Below, piece after piece: positions 62,541-64,000 of a stretch of 64,000 nt of DNA (position 1 is its first letter; the number at the start of each line of letters is the position of its first letter). The notes beneath the pieces were generated by a model. It searched no databases, had not been told where the DNA came from, and saw nothing but the letters and a program-made list of their open reading frames with translations. The position numbers and the translations under genes were made by a program. The DNA lies in assembly GCA_963575745.1 (NCBI GenBank), contig CAUYUJ010000225.1:248001-312000 (forward strand). The letters are read 5' to 3'. The DNA comes from Prorocentrum cordatum. Lineage: Eukaryota.

Positions 62541-64000
62541 ATTCCCAAGGTCGTCGGTGTTGGTGTCTACTCTCCTCGATGATGTTGAGGTCCTGTGCTC
62601 TGCGCCGCGTGAACGGCATCATATTGAATTCTTCTAGTTGAATCACCCCTCCTTCTTCATCGTCCACCTCCTCCACCTCCCCTGGTGAGGGTAAGGAGGA
62701 AGGGGGATACGAAAGATGTGTGTTGAGGTGTTTTGCGGGATCTAGATGGATCCTCAAACAGTGCCTACACTGAGGGGGTCAAACTTGCTTTCTGATGTAT
62801 TGGCGCTGGTGGCCAACAACTTCGTATGTTGCCAACGGTTCCTGGCAAACTCTTTTGATAGTCGGGATTCCGTATGCTACCAGCGATGACAGGCGGTTCG
62901 CGCCATGGGGTCCCTCCTCCTCCTCCTCCTCCTCTTCTTCCTCCTCCCCCTCCTCCTCATCTTTTTTTTACGTTAAACCAACCTGAGCAAGAAGCTGTGG
63001 CATCTGTGAGATCAGAAAAAGGAAAGTGCAATAACGATTCGGGTCAACAAACCTGGCGGGCGCCACGGAAAATATGAAAGCAAAAACACAGGAAAATAAT
63101 TGGAATGAGAGTCGGCGCCCGCCAGGGGTGACGACACTCACCTCAATAGGAACTCGCCTCCATCATCACCGTTGTAACATTCAAAAAGACACTGTAATAT
63201 TAATGGTGACTGCCGTCGAGGCTCAGCAATGAAGTGAGTCAGGCAATGCCATGCTTGGGCTGCTACCCTTGCGCAGTATGTCAACCCCATCCTATCCCGA
63301 TGCGTTGCCCAGCCGCCCCAAGCCAATTGTTTCCCATCGGCATGTGAGCAAGCGAAGGCAGAGTGCAACTGTTGGGCTGCTAGCAAAAGTTTAAGACTGT
63401 GCTGCTGTTATGCAGCAGGCCGATAAAAAAGTGAGGTGGGCACCGAAGTGCATTGCTGCCAGCAACGATCATGTAGCAACGCCCCGCTCGGAGCAAGAAG
63501 CAGTTGTGACTGAACGTAGTAAAGTGTGAGACGTCCCTCTGGCCTGTGTAAGCCCCCCGCATGCCAGCAGTAGGCCCGTTCTTCGGTTCCTCGGTGGAGG
63601 GCGCAACCGTTTCGTCTTCTTGTTGCCAAGAGTGTGGGGTACGAAGCAAGGTCTGATACAGGCTGTGTGCAATTGTTGGGCTGCTACCCTTGGGGACTTA
63701 TACACAATTCTTGGGCTGCTACCCTGAGTCTCTCAACAAAGTCAATTGTTGTAGTGTACTAGAGGCTGGCCTGAGTAGGTTGGCCTGCTGATGGATCACC
63801 ATGGTCCTTGGGGTGAACTGTGTTCAGGCAAACATACTAAGGCACGTATTGGGCTGCTACCCTTAGGCAACCAAAAAATGTGGCGATACGGTATGCAATT
63901 TTTGGGCTGCTACCCTCCTCCTCCTCCTCCTCCTCCTCCTCCTCCTCCTCCTCCTCCTCCTCCTCCTCCTCCTCCTCCTCCTCCTCCTCCCCCCCTCCTC

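Overview
This is repeat-rich, GC-rich eukaryotic genomic DNA, most likely from a dinoflagellate. The evidence is a 20/22 match to the dinoflagellate spliced leader, GC-AG and GA-AG introns, and dinoflagellate-type LINEs; the species cannot be determined. Main contents: (1) A ~13 kb plus-strand non-LTR retrotransposon (~33.2-46.3 kb). It has a frameshifted coiled-coil ORF1 and a very long ORF2 with the unusual order low-complexity region - RNase H - APE endonuclease - RT - 2 zinc fingers - C5 cytosine DNA methyltransferase-like domain. Its 3' region carries a degenerate ~60-bp repeat and a tandem pair of covarying hairpins. (2) A minus-strand host gene with six phase-consistent exons (60535 to 51241) encoding a SnoaL/NTF2-like protein with a C-terminal hydrophobic segment. 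(3) A second, decayed LINE inside an intron of that gene, starting exactly at a relic spliced leader. (4) Low-confidence exons of further minus-strand genes. (5) Many MITE-like elements, minisatellites and microsatellites, plus a 100-N gap. Most ORFs in the supplied track are artefacts of repeats. All calls come from reading motifs by eye; no searches were run.
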